A DNA stretch of 64,000 bases from Nanobdellota archaeon (GTDB lineage Archaea > Nanobdellota > Nanobdellia > Pacearchaeales > GW2011-AR1), in contig JBBSXC010000004.1 of NCBI GenBank assembly GCA_038045945.1, positions 35,077 through 99,076 of the forward strand. The letters run 5' to 3'. Under the pieces are notes generated by a model. That model worked only from the letters and a program-made list of their open reading frames with translations, ran no database searches and had not been told where the DNA came from. Of this stretch, positions 7,463 to 17,022 are shown one piece after another (the first letter of the stretch is position 1; each line of letters starts with the position of its first letter). Position numbers and translations under genes: made by a program.

Positions 7463-10051
7463 ATGGTTATGTTTAAAAAAATAGCATCGATTTTGGCGAG
7501 CGCAGTAATGCTTGGAAGCACTATGGGTGCAGCATTCGCAGCTAATTACCCAGCACCTTTCGTGTCGGGTGGAGCAGCAGATGTAGCAATCGTTTATGGT
7601 TCTAACGCAGCTGTTAGCGACTTATCGGCAGCTATAGATATACAAACAAACCTTCAAAGCAAAGTAACAAGTTCCTCAGGTTCATCAGCATCAAGTACAG
7701 GTGGAGATTCTGCAGATTTGGCTTCTTCAAGTCAGAAACTGTACGTAAACTCTACTTTAAGTGCGGCAAGAACAGTTCTTACAAAGGACTACTTACCAAC
7801 ACTACTAGCTGATGGTTCCGCTTACGACAATGCAGGAACAGAGTACAAATATACACAGGTAATTTACCCAGGTATAAACACTAGAAAAATTACTTTCGGA
7901 AAATCTTCTGAAAGTGTCGACCCTGCCCTAATCTTAGATTTGGGTTATTCGGGAACAAGCGCACCAACGTATAACTATACTTTGACATTCTCTAAGATTC
8001 TTAATGTATCAAGTTCTGACGTAGTTGGAACAGCCGACATTATGATTTTAGGAAACAAGTATACTATTGGTTCGAATTCCGATTCTAACACTCTGTACCT
8101 ATACGGAAGCGGTACAACAACCACTGTCGAGGAAGGCAATACTGCAACAGTAACAGTTGGCGCTAAAGACCACACAGTAATGTTGGTTGGAACTTCTGCA
8201 ACAAATACTGCTACTATCGAAGTTGATGGATCATCAAGATCCGTTACTAAGGGTAACAGCTACAAGTTCGCAGACGGTTTCGAAGTTTACGTCAAAGATT
8301 TATTCCACGCAACAAAGACTGGAACACTTTCCAGAGCTGAACTTTTAATAGGTTCAACTAGTCTACACTTCGAAGACGGACAATCCGTCAGAGTTGGTGC
8401 AGATGACACTTCGTTGTTAGGAACTAATGCTGAAATAACAGGAACTGCTGGTGCTGGAATCAGTGCAATAATGGTTTCACAATCAGCAGAATCAAGTATA
8501 GGAGACTACCTTAAAGCTGGTCAATCCTACACTGACAGAGTTTTCAAGAACTTAGTTCTTGATCACGTTGGTCCTGTTCCATCATTAGATGCTGAAAGCA
8601 GAGATATGCTAAGATTCGACACGGACAACTCCGTAGCTGCAAGAGCAACCTTTACAACAGATTTATCTGATAAAGAGTACACTCTAAACTACGCGAGGGA
8701 CTCAGACCAAACCGCAGATTCAGCTCTTGCTAGAGTTGACTTCTCTTACGACAACAACCTTAATATGACAAATATTGAGGGTGGTAATGCTAAGATGCAA
8801 GAATACCTTATCGTTAATGATAACGATTATGGTGTGATTCTTCGTGTTGACTCAATCCCAGCGGGAACGAGCACAAACGATCAATTAACGTTTTCGGATG
8901 CCATAACAGGAGAACAATATAAGTTCACTGTAGGTAACCTTAACACAACAACAGCAGTTGCAAACATCCGCGGCGGAGAATACTATGTTAACACAAACCC
9001 TTCAAACGCTGACAGCGCCTTATGGACTGTTAACGTAACTTGGGGTGCGGGTTCTGCTGCCGGTAATCCTGGTACGCAAACAACATTGTATCCTAGAATA
9101 AAGTTGCAAAACGGTGAGTGGATTTCATTCTTAACACAAGCAACAGTTAATAATGCTACCACTTATTCACTTCCAGGATTATATACACTATCTGATTACA
9201 AATCAGGTAGCATATTAACTGGTGGTAACGCTACAAACGCATACAACAGAAACTCAACGAGTTTCGGTAACGTAGCATTTAATGTAACATGGACTACTAA
9301 CAGCACGGCTAATCCTGCTGCAGGTACCCTAGATTCATTGAATCTTGGCGGAAGTAGTTGCATCTTTAACTCTACTATGGGTCCAGCTGTACTTTTACAG
9401 GAAGAGAAGACTGTTGATACAACAAACGGTCACGCTATCTGTATTCCATTGACAACGTCAAGCGGAAGTAACAGAATGCCTGCAATAGGCACTCCACTAT
9501 TCTCTGACACTTTAGGAAGCTTCGCAACACTGCAAAGCAATTCTTACAAGAGTCAGGCAATGGACAAGTTTGGTACATGGGTTGAGAGGGACACTACTAC
9601 AAACACCAACGGTGCTGTAGCTATAAGTTATCCAAGTGAACAGATGTATGTTGATGTATTCTTCCGTGGGAAGGAAACAACACTAACTCCAGGTTCCGAG
9701 GGCTCACAAGGCACTGGGAATGTTCTTATATTTAAGGACTCTGAGAGTGAATCGTTCATGAACAAGAACTTAGTAGTTATAGGTGGAAGCTGTGTTAATA
9801 CGGTAGCAAGGAAACTTGTTGACGCTAGCGCAAATTCACCAATCTGTGGTGCTGACTTTACAGCTAAGACAAACGTAGGTGCTGGTCAATACATGTTAAA
9901 GGCAATGGAATCTCCATATAATGTGGGTAAGGTTGCAATGCTTGTAGCAGGTTACGAAGCAGCAAATACTGCAACTGCAGCTGCAAAGTTGAAGGAAGGT
10001 CACGCAACGGACAAGGGAACGTCAAACGTTTACCCTGTTCAATCTGCTTAA
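7463..10051 (+). CDS. Putative S-layer / major cell-surface protein
   Basis: 862 aa. Signal peptide MVMFKKIASILASAVMLGSTMGAAFA. Ser/Thr/Gly/Asn-rich with no Cys-rich domains. Codon usage is less A-rich than neighbours, suggesting high expression. Long 5' leader and strong hairpin stack downstream. Confidence 0.55.
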   Translation: MVMFKKIASILASAVMLGSTMGAAFAANYPAPFVSGGAADVAIVYGSNAAVSDLSAAIDIQTNLQSKVTSSSGSSASSTGGDSADLASSSQKLYVNSTLSAARTVLTKDYLPTLLADGSAYDNAGTEYKYTQVIYPGINTRKITFGKSSESVDPALILDLGYSGTSAPTYNYTLTFSKILNVSSSDVVGTADIMILGNKYTIGSNSDSNTLYLYGSGTTTTVEEGNTATVTVGAKDHTVMLVGTSATNTATIEVDGSSRSVTKGNSYKFADGFEVYVKDLFHATKTGTLSRAELLIGSTSLHFEDGQSVRVGADDTSLLGTNAEITGTAGAGISAIMVSQSAESSIGDYLKAGQSYTDRVFKNLVLDHVGPVPSLDAESRDMLRFDTDNSVAARATFTTDLSDKEYTLNYARDSDQTADSALARVDFSYDNNLNMTNIEGGNAKMQEYLIVNDNDYGVILRVDSIPAGTSTNDQLTFSDAITGEQYKFTVGNLNTTTAVANIRGGEYYVNTNPSNADSALWTVNVTWGAGSAAGNPGTQTTLYPRIKLQNGEWISFLTQATVNNATTYSLPGLYTLSDYKSGSILTGGNATNAYNRNSTSFGNVAFNVTWTTNSTANPAAGTLDSLNLGGSSCIFNSTMGPAVLLQEEKTVDTTNGHAICIPLTTSSGSNRMPAIGTPLFSDTLGSFATLQSNSYKSQAMDKFGTWVERDTTTNTNGAVAISYPSEQMYVDVFFRGKETTLTPGSEGSQGTGNVLIFKDSESESFMNKNLVVIGGSCVNTVARKLVDASANSPICGADFTAKTNVGAGQYMLKAMESPYNVGKVAMLVAGYEAANTATAAAKLKEGHATDKGTSNVYPVQSA

Positions 10052-10091
10052 AAACAGAAAAAGTAAATTTTTATTTTTATTTTTTTGCTTT

Positions 10092-10195
10092 TTGAGGACT
10101 TTAAAGTCCTCAAAGCCCTGAAAATCGAAAGCCAAGATTTTCAGAGTTTTGAAGAATCCTTTAGGATTCGAAGGAATCAGCAAATTGCTGATTCC
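10092..10195 (+). terminator. Stack of four different perfect hairpins directly downstream of the S-layer gene
   Basis: 10092-10113 TTGAGGACT/TTAA/AGTCCTCAA; 10118-10144 CTGAAAATC/9-nt loop/GATTTTCAG; 10154-10169 GAATCCT/TT/AGGATTC; 10173-10195 GGAATCAGCA/AAT/TGCTGATTCC. T-tracts upstream at 10065-10091. Confidence 0.5.
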
Positions 10196-10287
10196 TTAAT
10201 TTTTTGTCATTAAGCGTTAGCTCTCGTCGATAAACTACACCATATCAGTTCATAAAGTTTAAAAGGCTTAGTCAGTAATAACTAATT

Positions 10288-10920
10288 ATGAGAGAATTAA
10301 CAAGCAGAGAAGAAATAGAAAAGAAAGAAAAAAGAAACAAGACAACCCTGGGAATAATAATGGTCCTACTAATGCTTCTAAGCACAGCAGGATACGCATT
10401 ACTAAACTACCAATCAACAAGCACAGACACATCATCAGGAACACCAATAGCCAGTAATCCTAGCGGACAAATAGTTGAATACAACAAAATAAAGTTTGTA
10501 GGACAAGAAAGCGGACTGTGGCTATTTGAAGTACAAGGAAACACATTTTATTCATCGTACACACCGGAAGAAGTAAAACACATTAACGTACCATTCATAA
10601 ACATACAAGCATTCTCAGGACAAACAGTCTATTACTCAGGAAACATACTAGCAGCAAGAGAAATACTAACAAACATTAACCCATACATAATTAGATCGCA
10701 AGAAGCATGCTTACAAGAATCAAACATAAGCAACCAAAAATGCGAAGATAACCTGCCAATAAAAGACTGCACAAATACGTTCCTAGTAATAACAGAAGTA
10801 GGAGAAAATGAAACATCAAGAGTAACAACAGATAATAAGTGTATAATAATAAAGAGTAAAGATACAGAACTTTTAAAAACCGCTGACGCATTACTTTTCA
10901 GAATATTAGGAGTACAATGA
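10288..10920 (+). CDS. Membrane-anchored secreted protein (paralog of the next gene)
   Basis: One N-terminal TM (LGIIMVLLMLLSTAGYALL). Cys-containing C-terminal part shares a ...ETSRVTTDNKCII motif with 10925-11602. Confidence 0.4.
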   Translation: MRELTSREEIEKKEKRNKTTLGIIMVLLMLLSTAGYALLNYQSTSTDTSSGTPIASNPSGQIVEYNKIKFVGQESGLWLFEVQGNTFYSSYTPEEVKHINVPFINIQAFSGQTVYYSGNILAAREILTNINPYIIRSQEACLQESNISNQKCEDNLPIKDCTNTFLVITEVGENETSRVTTDNKCIIIKSKDTELLKTADALLFRILGVQ

Positions 10921-10924
10921 AAAC

Positions 10925-11602
10925 ATGACTAAAAAAAATATTAAGAAAGAAAAAGAAGAAGTGAACATTAATAGTGAAGCCTTCAGAAACAAACAATTAA
11001 GAAACATAACACTAATAATGGGAGTAGTAATACTAGTAACAATTATAGCATACTTAGTAACTAACAATTTATCAAACCCCAGCTATAGAGGTTTACAATT
11101 TACAAAAAATACTCAAGGTGGAGTAGACTTCTACATTGTTAAAGTGCCCGCAATTGATCCACTAACAGGAAAAACGCAAGGATACTACGACATGATCCTA
11201 AGAACAAACCCAAAAGAATTAGACAAAATAGAATATGATGGTAGAACAAAAATCTTAAGAAACGTGATAATGTCATTTGATAGAGCAATCGAAGGATGCG
11301 AAGACAACGTAATAGCAGTAGCAAACATGGCAAGATTCTTAACCGATGCAGGATTCCAGGTTAAAGGAGCATCACACGAGTACGAATACGCACAAGAAAC
11401 AAACATGACATACGCAACATGCGCGGACGCAGAAAACTCAACAGTCATAGTGTTACAAAAAGCTTTAAACGGAGAAACAACAAGCGTTAGAGAAACAGTG
11501 AATAATTGTTACATCGTTAATATTGCAGAGTGCCAAACACTACCAGCCCTTGAAAGAATGATGACTGAGATAGCTATTGAAGCATCAAAACAAGGACAAT
11601 AA
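10925..11602 (+). CDS. Membrane-anchored secreted protein (paralog of the previous gene)
   Basis: One N-terminal TM (ITLIMGVVILVTIIAYLV). C-terminal ...TTSVRETVNNCYIV resembles the upstream gene. Confidence 0.4.
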   Translation: MTKKNIKKEKEEVNINSEAFRNKQLRNITLIMGVVILVTIIAYLVTNNLSNPSYRGLQFTKNTQGGVDFYIVKVPAIDPLTGKTQGYYDMILRTNPKELDKIEYDGRTKILRNVIMSFDRAIEGCEDNVIAVANMARFLTDAGFQVKGASHEYEYAQETNMTYATCADAENSTVIVLQKALNGETTSVRETVNNCYIVNIAECQTLPALERMMTEIAIEASKQGQ

Positions 11603-11613
11603 AAAAAGATAAA

Positions 11614-12261
11614 ATGGTGTCAATAATTGATTTATTATTACACATTGATAAGTATATAGGAATATTCTTACAACAAAGCGGGCCACTAACATACTGGATA
11701 CTATTCCTAATAATATTTATAGAAACAGGAGTAGTATTCTTCCCATTCCTACCAGGAGACTCACTATTATTCGTCGCCGGAACATTCTCAAGCCAGGGAT
11801 TACTAAACCCAATAATATTATTCATAACTTTATCAACAGCAGCAATACTAGGAGATGGACTAAACTACTACTTAGGAAAATTCTTCGGAGAAAAAATAAT
11901 AAGAAAATTCCGATTCCTAAAAGAAGAATACTTAGAAAAAACTAAAGAATTCTACAAGCTGCACGGAGGAAAAACAATAATTTACGCAAGGTTCATACCT
12001 ATCGTGCGAACATTCGCACCGTTCGTAGCAGGAATTGGGGGAATGGAATACAAAAAATTCTTATCATACAACGTCATAGGAGCAGTATTATGGGTAGGAT
12101 TATTAGTATTCTCAGGATACTTCTTCGGAAACATAACACTAGTCAAAGAAAACTTACACATAATAATATACCTAATAATATTCGTTTCATTAATACCACC
12201 AATAATAGAGTGGTTAAGACACAAAATAAGAAAGAAAAAACAGCCTAAAAGCCATAAGTAA
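11614..12261 (+). CDS. dedA: DedA-family membrane protein
   Basis: Hallmark FIETGVVFFPFLPGDSLLFVAGTF and multiple TM helices. Confidence 0.75.
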   Translation: MVSIIDLLLHIDKYIGIFLQQSGPLTYWILFLIIFIETGVVFFPFLPGDSLLFVAGTFSSQGLLNPIILFITLSTAAILGDGLNYYLGKFFGEKIIRKFRFLKEEYLEKTKEFYKLHGGKTIIYARFIPIVRTFAPFVAGIGGMEYKKFLSYNVIGAVLWVGLLVFSGYFFGNITLVKENLHIIIYLIIFVSLIPPIIEWLRHKIRKKKQPKSHK

Positions 12262-12798
12262 TCATTTTTTGAGATATCTTAATAAAAACTTGAAGTCATC
12301 ATAAACAGGAATACCACTTATAACAAAAACTTTTGTTGTAGTAAACCAAACCCCTAAAACTATTATAATACTAAGAAAATACCAAGAAAACAAGTGTAAA
12401 GTATCAAAATAGTTACTACCTCCTTCGGAAACAGCAATAAGAGAAAAAATCGTTATTCTAATAACATTAATAATTAGGAATAAAGAAAGAGAAAAAACCA
12501 CGGCCTTGACCCTCTTATGAAGGATCATAGGCGTCGTTAAACAAAGAGCTAACAGTAAATAATAAGCTGCTCCAGCAACACAAGCATCTACTAATCCTAT
12601 TGTTAAACCATTAAAAACTATTAATTTTTCTAAGAAAAATCCTTGAGTAGAACCCACCAACCCCAACATAAACAAGGATAAGAAGTAAGTTATCGGGCTC
12701 ATAAAATAATAAATAATGAATAAGCCATTAATAGAAATAAGAAATAAAGAAAGATACCTACTTATTAAAGCAACAAAAAAACTATTAGAGTAATTCAT
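12262..12798 (-). CDS. Exosortase/archaeosortase-family membrane protein (short form)
   Basis: 178 aa polytopic membrane protein with VDAC-V-AG (Cys in a CxG context), an N-V-I-R-I motif and a downstream His (DTLHLF), in the order of the exosortase/archaeosortase Cys-Arg core. Sits in an operon with a surface protein carrying a C-terminal sorting-type tail. Confidence 0.45.
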   Translation of the reverse strand: MNYSNSFFVALISRYLSLFLISINGLFIIYYFMSPITYFLSLFMLGLVGSTQGFFLEKLIVFNGLTIGLVDACVAGAAYYLLLALCLTTPMILHKRVKAVVFSLSLFLIINVIRITIFSLIAVSEGGSNYFDTLHLFSWYFLSIIIVLGVWFTTTKVFVISGIPVYDDFKFLLRYLKK

Positions 12799-12832
12799 AA
12801 TACTAATATAAAGACTTGATTAATAAATAAAA

Positions 12833-13261
12833 CTATTTGTCATTAAGATTAGCCCAAATCCATCTTTGACGGAAAGATCTTGAATGGTCCTCTTGAGCAT
12901 CCCACAAAACACTCATCTCAATCTTACTAGAATCAACCTTTTCCCCTTCAGGCAAATTGTCATTATAACCAAGCTCTTTAGCAAGCCTACTCTCAGTTAA
13001 TTGTTCTTCTCTTGATTCACTTCGCTCATATTTATGAACATCGTGCCTTATGCCCCTACGAACATAATCAACAAGTCTTTCTTTAATAATAGGAGAATCA
13101 CCAACTAAAGAATTATAAGAAGTTCTCATTAGGTCAATAGGACCATGAGTAAAAGAACCTATTAATTCAGCTAAAAAAACTCCCGCAGTAACACCACCAA
13201 ATACAACACATGCTGTTAAACCAAGACAAGAAGAGCAACCGTCATTATTTTCATTAGCCAT
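12833..13261 (-). CDS. Hypothetical small membrane-anchored protein
   Basis: 142 aa. N-terminal CSSCLGLTACVVFGGVTAGVFLAELIG is hydrophobic, the remainder charged. Lies between the surface protein and the sortase-like gene. Confidence 0.35.
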   Translation of the reverse strand: MANENNDGCSSCLGLTACVVFGGVTAGVFLAELIGSFTHGPIDLMRTSYNSLVGDSPIIKERLVDYVRRGIRHDVHKYERSESREEQLTESRLAKELGYNDNLPEGEKVDSSKIEMSVLWDAQEDHSRSFRQRWIWANLNDK

Positions 13262-13278
13262 AGAATTAATAGAAATTT

Positions 13279-15213
13279 TTATTCTCTTCTTGAAAGTCTT
13301 ACAGCTGCAATTATTATTGCTGCTATTAAAATAATATTAGCTAATACTATAACCCAAATAACCCAGTTTTCCTTAATGCTGTCAATTATTGCTGAACCTG
13401 AAGGTGCAGATGAACCCTTAATGAATACAACTGCTTCTTGATCAGTAATAACACTACCTTTTGATGCTCTAATAGTGAATTTTTGTTCTCCAGAAGTGCC
13501 GCTCTTAGGAGTTAAAGTTATTGTAACGTCTCTGCTTTCTCCTTTAGCTAAAACTACTGATGAAGGCTCAACACCATCAAGAACAGCCCATGATTCGTAA
13601 CTGAAAGGAATTATTGAGAAAGTACCAGCATCAGAGTTAACATTTCTAATACTAGCTCTAATAACTAATTCTTTACCAGCAACAGCCTCAGACTCTAAAG
13701 TTGGGGAAATTGTTAATAAACCATCGGAAGATGATCCATCATCTACACAGTTACCTTCAACTCTGAAAGATCTTAAGACACGATCATTAACAGACTCATA
13801 GTTATCATTTCTTGAGTTGTATTCGTGTCTTGCTTCAATACCTAACTGGAATAATTTTTCATCAGCATCTTGGGGTATGTCAATATTGAATATTACTCTC
13901 TTGCTTTCACCAGCGTCAAGGTTACTTAATAATACTTCTTGGTCTATTCCTAATTCATCATTAGTTACACTTACAAGAACTCTCTTCTGATCTTTGTCGC
14001 CAATGTTGTGAACTTGTGCTTCAAGACTAGCGCTTGAACCACACATTAAAGGACTTTCAATCTCTAAATCAGTTATTCCAACTTCGTAATCATCACGATC
14101 ATTAATGCTTATACTTTCAAAAGCCCTAGAGTCCCAACGGTTATCGCATTGTTCGTCTTGGTCACCGTCAAAGTAAGCTTTAACGTATAATCTTGCATTG
14201 TCAGGAGTGTCAGCTGGAAGAGTGAAGTTGAAAAGGAATGTTTCCTCATCATCATCATTTATTGAGATTGTTTGTTCGTCTTCGAATAAGTTGTCGCCGT
14301 TTTCTGGGTCGTAAAGAGTGATAGCAACAGTTACGTCTTGTTCATCATTATCATTGTTTCTAGCTTCTATTTCAAGTTCTATTTCTTCAAGAAGATCCCA
14401 ATCGAAGTTACCATTGCTTGATGTTTCATCTTGAACTGAGACTATCTCAACATCGTTACCTATTTCACCAGACTCACAGAAGTCTTGGTTGAATGTTAAA
14501 ACAGTTGAAGTGCTGAATAATGTTGAAGCAGCTCTAATAGTAGTGCTTGCTGAACCAAGAAGTAAATCAATGTCTTCAGGATCTTGGGAGTAAGTAACAT
14601 TAATTATTTTAGTCTCTTGAGGGTTAAGATTGAAAGACTCAGTTGGAGTAAAGCTTAATGATAATTCTTCATCATCAGAATCTCTAACAGCGTTATTCTC
14701 AATGGAAACAACAATATTAGTTATAGGTTGATTACCATCATTCTTTATAGTTACAGAAGCATTATTACTGCTCTTGTTAAGAATAACAGGGCTTTTTAAG
14801 AATTTTAATGAAGCAAAAGAATTAACAGCAACTGATACAGGAATAGAAGCTATTGGAACACCACTACTGTAATTAACAAAAATTGTTCCAGATGTAGGAT
14901 TAGTTGAATACTTAGGAACAGTCAATTGTAAAGAGTAAGAATTAGTACCACTTGGTACAATAATATCACTAGTCTTGCTTAAAACAGGATTCCATGAGGA
15001 AAACCCAGAAGTTCTTATTATTACATTAGCATCAGCTACATCAGAACTTGCAAGAGTGAAATCAAAGGAAATTGTTCTAGTAGTACTATCATCACTAGGA
15101 TTAGTAGAGTTTGAAAAGCTTGTTTGCGAAGCAGTTATTGTAGCACTAACGGAAACTACAGCTAAAAGCAATATTAAACTTGCAAAAATTATACTAAATA
15201 ATCTCGATTTCAT
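13279..15213 (-). CDS. Cell-surface protein with N-terminal signal peptide and C-terminal TM plus basic sorting-signal-like tail
   Basis: 644 aa. MKSRLFSIIFASLILLLAVVSVSA signal. Ser/Thr/Asn-rich N-terminal part and an Asp/Glu-rich middle. C-terminus KENWVIWVIVLANIILIAAIIIAAVRLSRRE is a short motif, hydrophobic helix, then basic cluster, like exosortase/archaeosortase substrates. Confidence 0.6.
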   Translation of the reverse strand: MKSRLFSIIFASLILLLAVVSVSATITASQTSFSNSTNPSDDSTTRTISFDFTLASSDVADANVIIRTSGFSSWNPVLSKTSDIIVPSGTNSYSLQLTVPKYSTNPTSGTIFVNYSSGVPIASIPVSVAVNSFASLKFLKSPVILNKSSNNASVTIKNDGNQPITNIVVSIENNAVRDSDDEELSLSFTPTESFNLNPQETKIINVTYSQDPEDIDLLLGSASTTIRAASTLFSTSTVLTFNQDFCESGEIGNDVEIVSVQDETSSNGNFDWDLLEEIELEIEARNNDNDEQDVTVAITLYDPENGDNLFEDEQTISINDDDEETFLFNFTLPADTPDNARLYVKAYFDGDQDEQCDNRWDSRAFESISINDRDDYEVGITDLEIESPLMCGSSASLEAQVHNIGDKDQKRVLVSVTNDELGIDQEVLLSNLDAGESKRVIFNIDIPQDADEKLFQLGIEARHEYNSRNDNYESVNDRVLRSFRVEGNCVDDGSSSDGLLTISPTLESEAVAGKELVIRASIRNVNSDAGTFSIIPFSYESWAVLDGVEPSSVVLAKGESRDVTITLTPKSGTSGEQKFTIRASKGSVITDQEAVVFIKGSSAPSGSAIIDSIKENWVIWVIVLANIILIAAIIIAAVRLSRRE

Positions 15214-15377
15214 TTTGTGTTGTAATTGTGGAGTTATAACCTTTTATAAACTTTTCGGTAATTTGAAACAGAGCATTATAGGACTTATTAGTAAGAGGTA
15301 TTATTCTAGACTAATGGATTAGGACAATGTTTATAAACGGATTATACGTCTATAAATCATCTAAAAGGAGGTAAAAT

Positions 15378-15728
15378 ATGGCAGCAAAAAATAGCAGGTC
15401 GAACGCTATAGGCGCTTGGGCTTTCCTTATTGGTGTGGTTTTAGCAATCGTTTTAGGACTATTCCAATCAAGCCTTGGCAACGTTACTTGGATCCCAATA
15501 GTCTTAGTACTTATTGGTTTAGTGGTAGGATTGTTAAATGTTGGAGCAGCTGAAAATAGTAATTTCTTACTGGCTTCAGTTTCTCTAGTTATCGTATCCT
15601 TCATGGGTAGCGCAGTCTTAGCAGTTGTTCCTCAAGTTTCACTAATACTCTCTGCTCTAATGATTCTTTTCGTTCCAGCAGCAGTTATAGTAGCTTTAAG
15701 AACAATTTTCGTTATAGCTAGAGACTAA
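15378..15728 (+). CDS. Small polytopic membrane protein
   Basis: 116 aa, about four hydrophobic helices. Strong SD AGGAGGT 8 nt upstream. Divergent from the surface-protein operon. Confidence 0.5.
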   Translation: MAAKNSRSNAIGAWAFLIGVVLAIVLGLFQSSLGNVTWIPIVLVLIGLVVGLLNVGAAENSNFLLASVSLVIVSFMGSAVLAVVPQVSLILSALMILFVPAAVIVALRTIFVIARD

Positions 15729-15798
15729 AGTCTCTATAATTTTTATTTTAAAATTTTTTAAATTTTTGAAGAAAGGGGATTGAGAAGTACCTCTAGTT

Positions 15799-16344
15799 TT
15801 ATGATGAGTAAAAAGCATGCATCCCAAGTGTTATACCAGAAAGGGTTGTAACTTCTCCAATAACTCTTCCACCCCGGGCAGCACTAAATCTTATCGCTCG
15901 TTCATTCTTCCACGGCCCATGACTAATTGCACCAATCACAACCCTGCCATCAACAGAAGAGCGTAAAGCTCTTACAAGTCCATGAACAGTACGCATTCCA
16001 ACGAGTTTATCACGACCCTTAACCGCCAATTGATCTATATAAACGAAATCTCCAGACAGGTCTGAAAGAAAATTAAAAACAGGGTCATCGCTCAGAGTAG
16101 TTTCTTTTCCTCTTAATCGATTTGTGAATGCTCGATCATAGGCTAAGCAAAAACCACCAAGCACACTTGGTTGGCTAGAAACAAGAAAAAGAGGACTTTC
16201 TAATCTTCTCTTATATTGATCTAACGATAGGGAATAACAATAAAAGCCCGCGTCTTGATCAGAAGATGGCGAATCAACTAAAAGAGAATCAGCGAGTAAC
16301 TTTACTTCAGATAAATCTGTCTCAGCAGCTTTCTTAATCACCAT
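15799..16344 (-). CDS. Hypothetical protein with atypical (higher) GC and GC-rich codons
   Basis: 181 aa. DNA is visibly GC-richer than its flanks (by-eye estimate ~43% vs ~33%) and uses GCG/GCC/CGG codons that are rare elsewhere. ATG overlaps the upstream stop (TAAAATG). No confident domain. Confidence 0.4.
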   Translation of the reverse strand: MVIKKAAETDLSEVKLLADSLLVDSPSSDQDAGFYCYSLSLDQYKRRLESPLFLVSSQPSVLGGFCLAYDRAFTNRLRGKETTLSDDPVFNFLSDLSGDFVYIDQLAVKGRDKLVGMRTVHGLVRALRSSVDGRVVIGAISHGPWKNERAIRFSAARGGRVIGEVTTLSGITLGMHAFYSS

Positions 16345-16345
16345 T

Positions 16346-16984
16346 TTACTCCAAATCCTTCATCTTTGTTATTCTGTCTAAGCTTATTATTCTTGAGTCA
16401 TCTTCTTCTATTCTTGGGCATGCAGTGTTTACCCAGAAGTCTATGGGGAAATTTTCGAATTCTCTTACATTAATGTTGTTTGTTAAGAACAAATACATGT
16501 TTTTGTCCGTGTTTTCTGGTAGTTTAACGAAGTCTATGGCCTTACCCAAGTCTTGCTGACCATACTTGTTCGATACTAATAACCCTAAGCTGTTAGCCGA
16601 ATAATACTTTGATAGTTTAGCTTTCCTTGTCTTTTCTGCTTCTAACATATAATTAGGATCTACCTTCGTTATTGAGTAACCATCAAATAATGTGATGTTT
16701 TTTGATATTCTGAAAAGGTTAGGGTTTGTTGCGTGAAACTTGCCTGAACCTACGTGTAAGATAGGCATTTCGCTTATTCCTAACTGGCGACAACCTATTA
16801 TTTGTAAAAATTTGCCTACCTTTACCCCCCCTTTCTCTAATTCTTCTTTTACGTGCTTTGCAAGGTTATAATACTGTATAGAATAGGTTATGTGTGTCTC
16901 TTTTGGTGACTGCTTGACTAAACTTTGCAGTTTTGCTTCATCAAAATCAAGTTTCTTAACAGCACGAACAAATATAGTCTTCAT
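16346..16984 (-). CDS. Dph2-like (diphthamide synthase family) protein; apparently only the second and third domains
   Basis: C-terminal FWVNTACPRIEEDD matches the conserved V-x-x-ACPR-x-x-x-DD Cys motif of Dph1/Dph2. IIGCRQLG...HVGSGKFH resembles the middle-domain Cys region. Only 212 aa against ~340 for archaeal Dph2. Confidence 0.45.
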   Translation of the reverse strand: MKTIFVRAVKKLDFDEAKLQSLVKQSPKETHITYSIQYYNLAKHVKEELEKGGVKVGKFLQIIGCRQLGISEMPILHVGSGKFHATNPNLFRISKNITLFDGYSITKVDPNYMLEAEKTRKAKLSKYYSANSLGLLVSNKYGQQDLGKAIDFVKLPENTDKNMYLFLTNNINVREFENFPIDFWVNTACPRIEEDDSRIISLDRITKMKDLE

Positions 16985-17022
16985 AAGAATGTGAGATAAA
17001 GAGGAGATTATAAAGTTAACCT

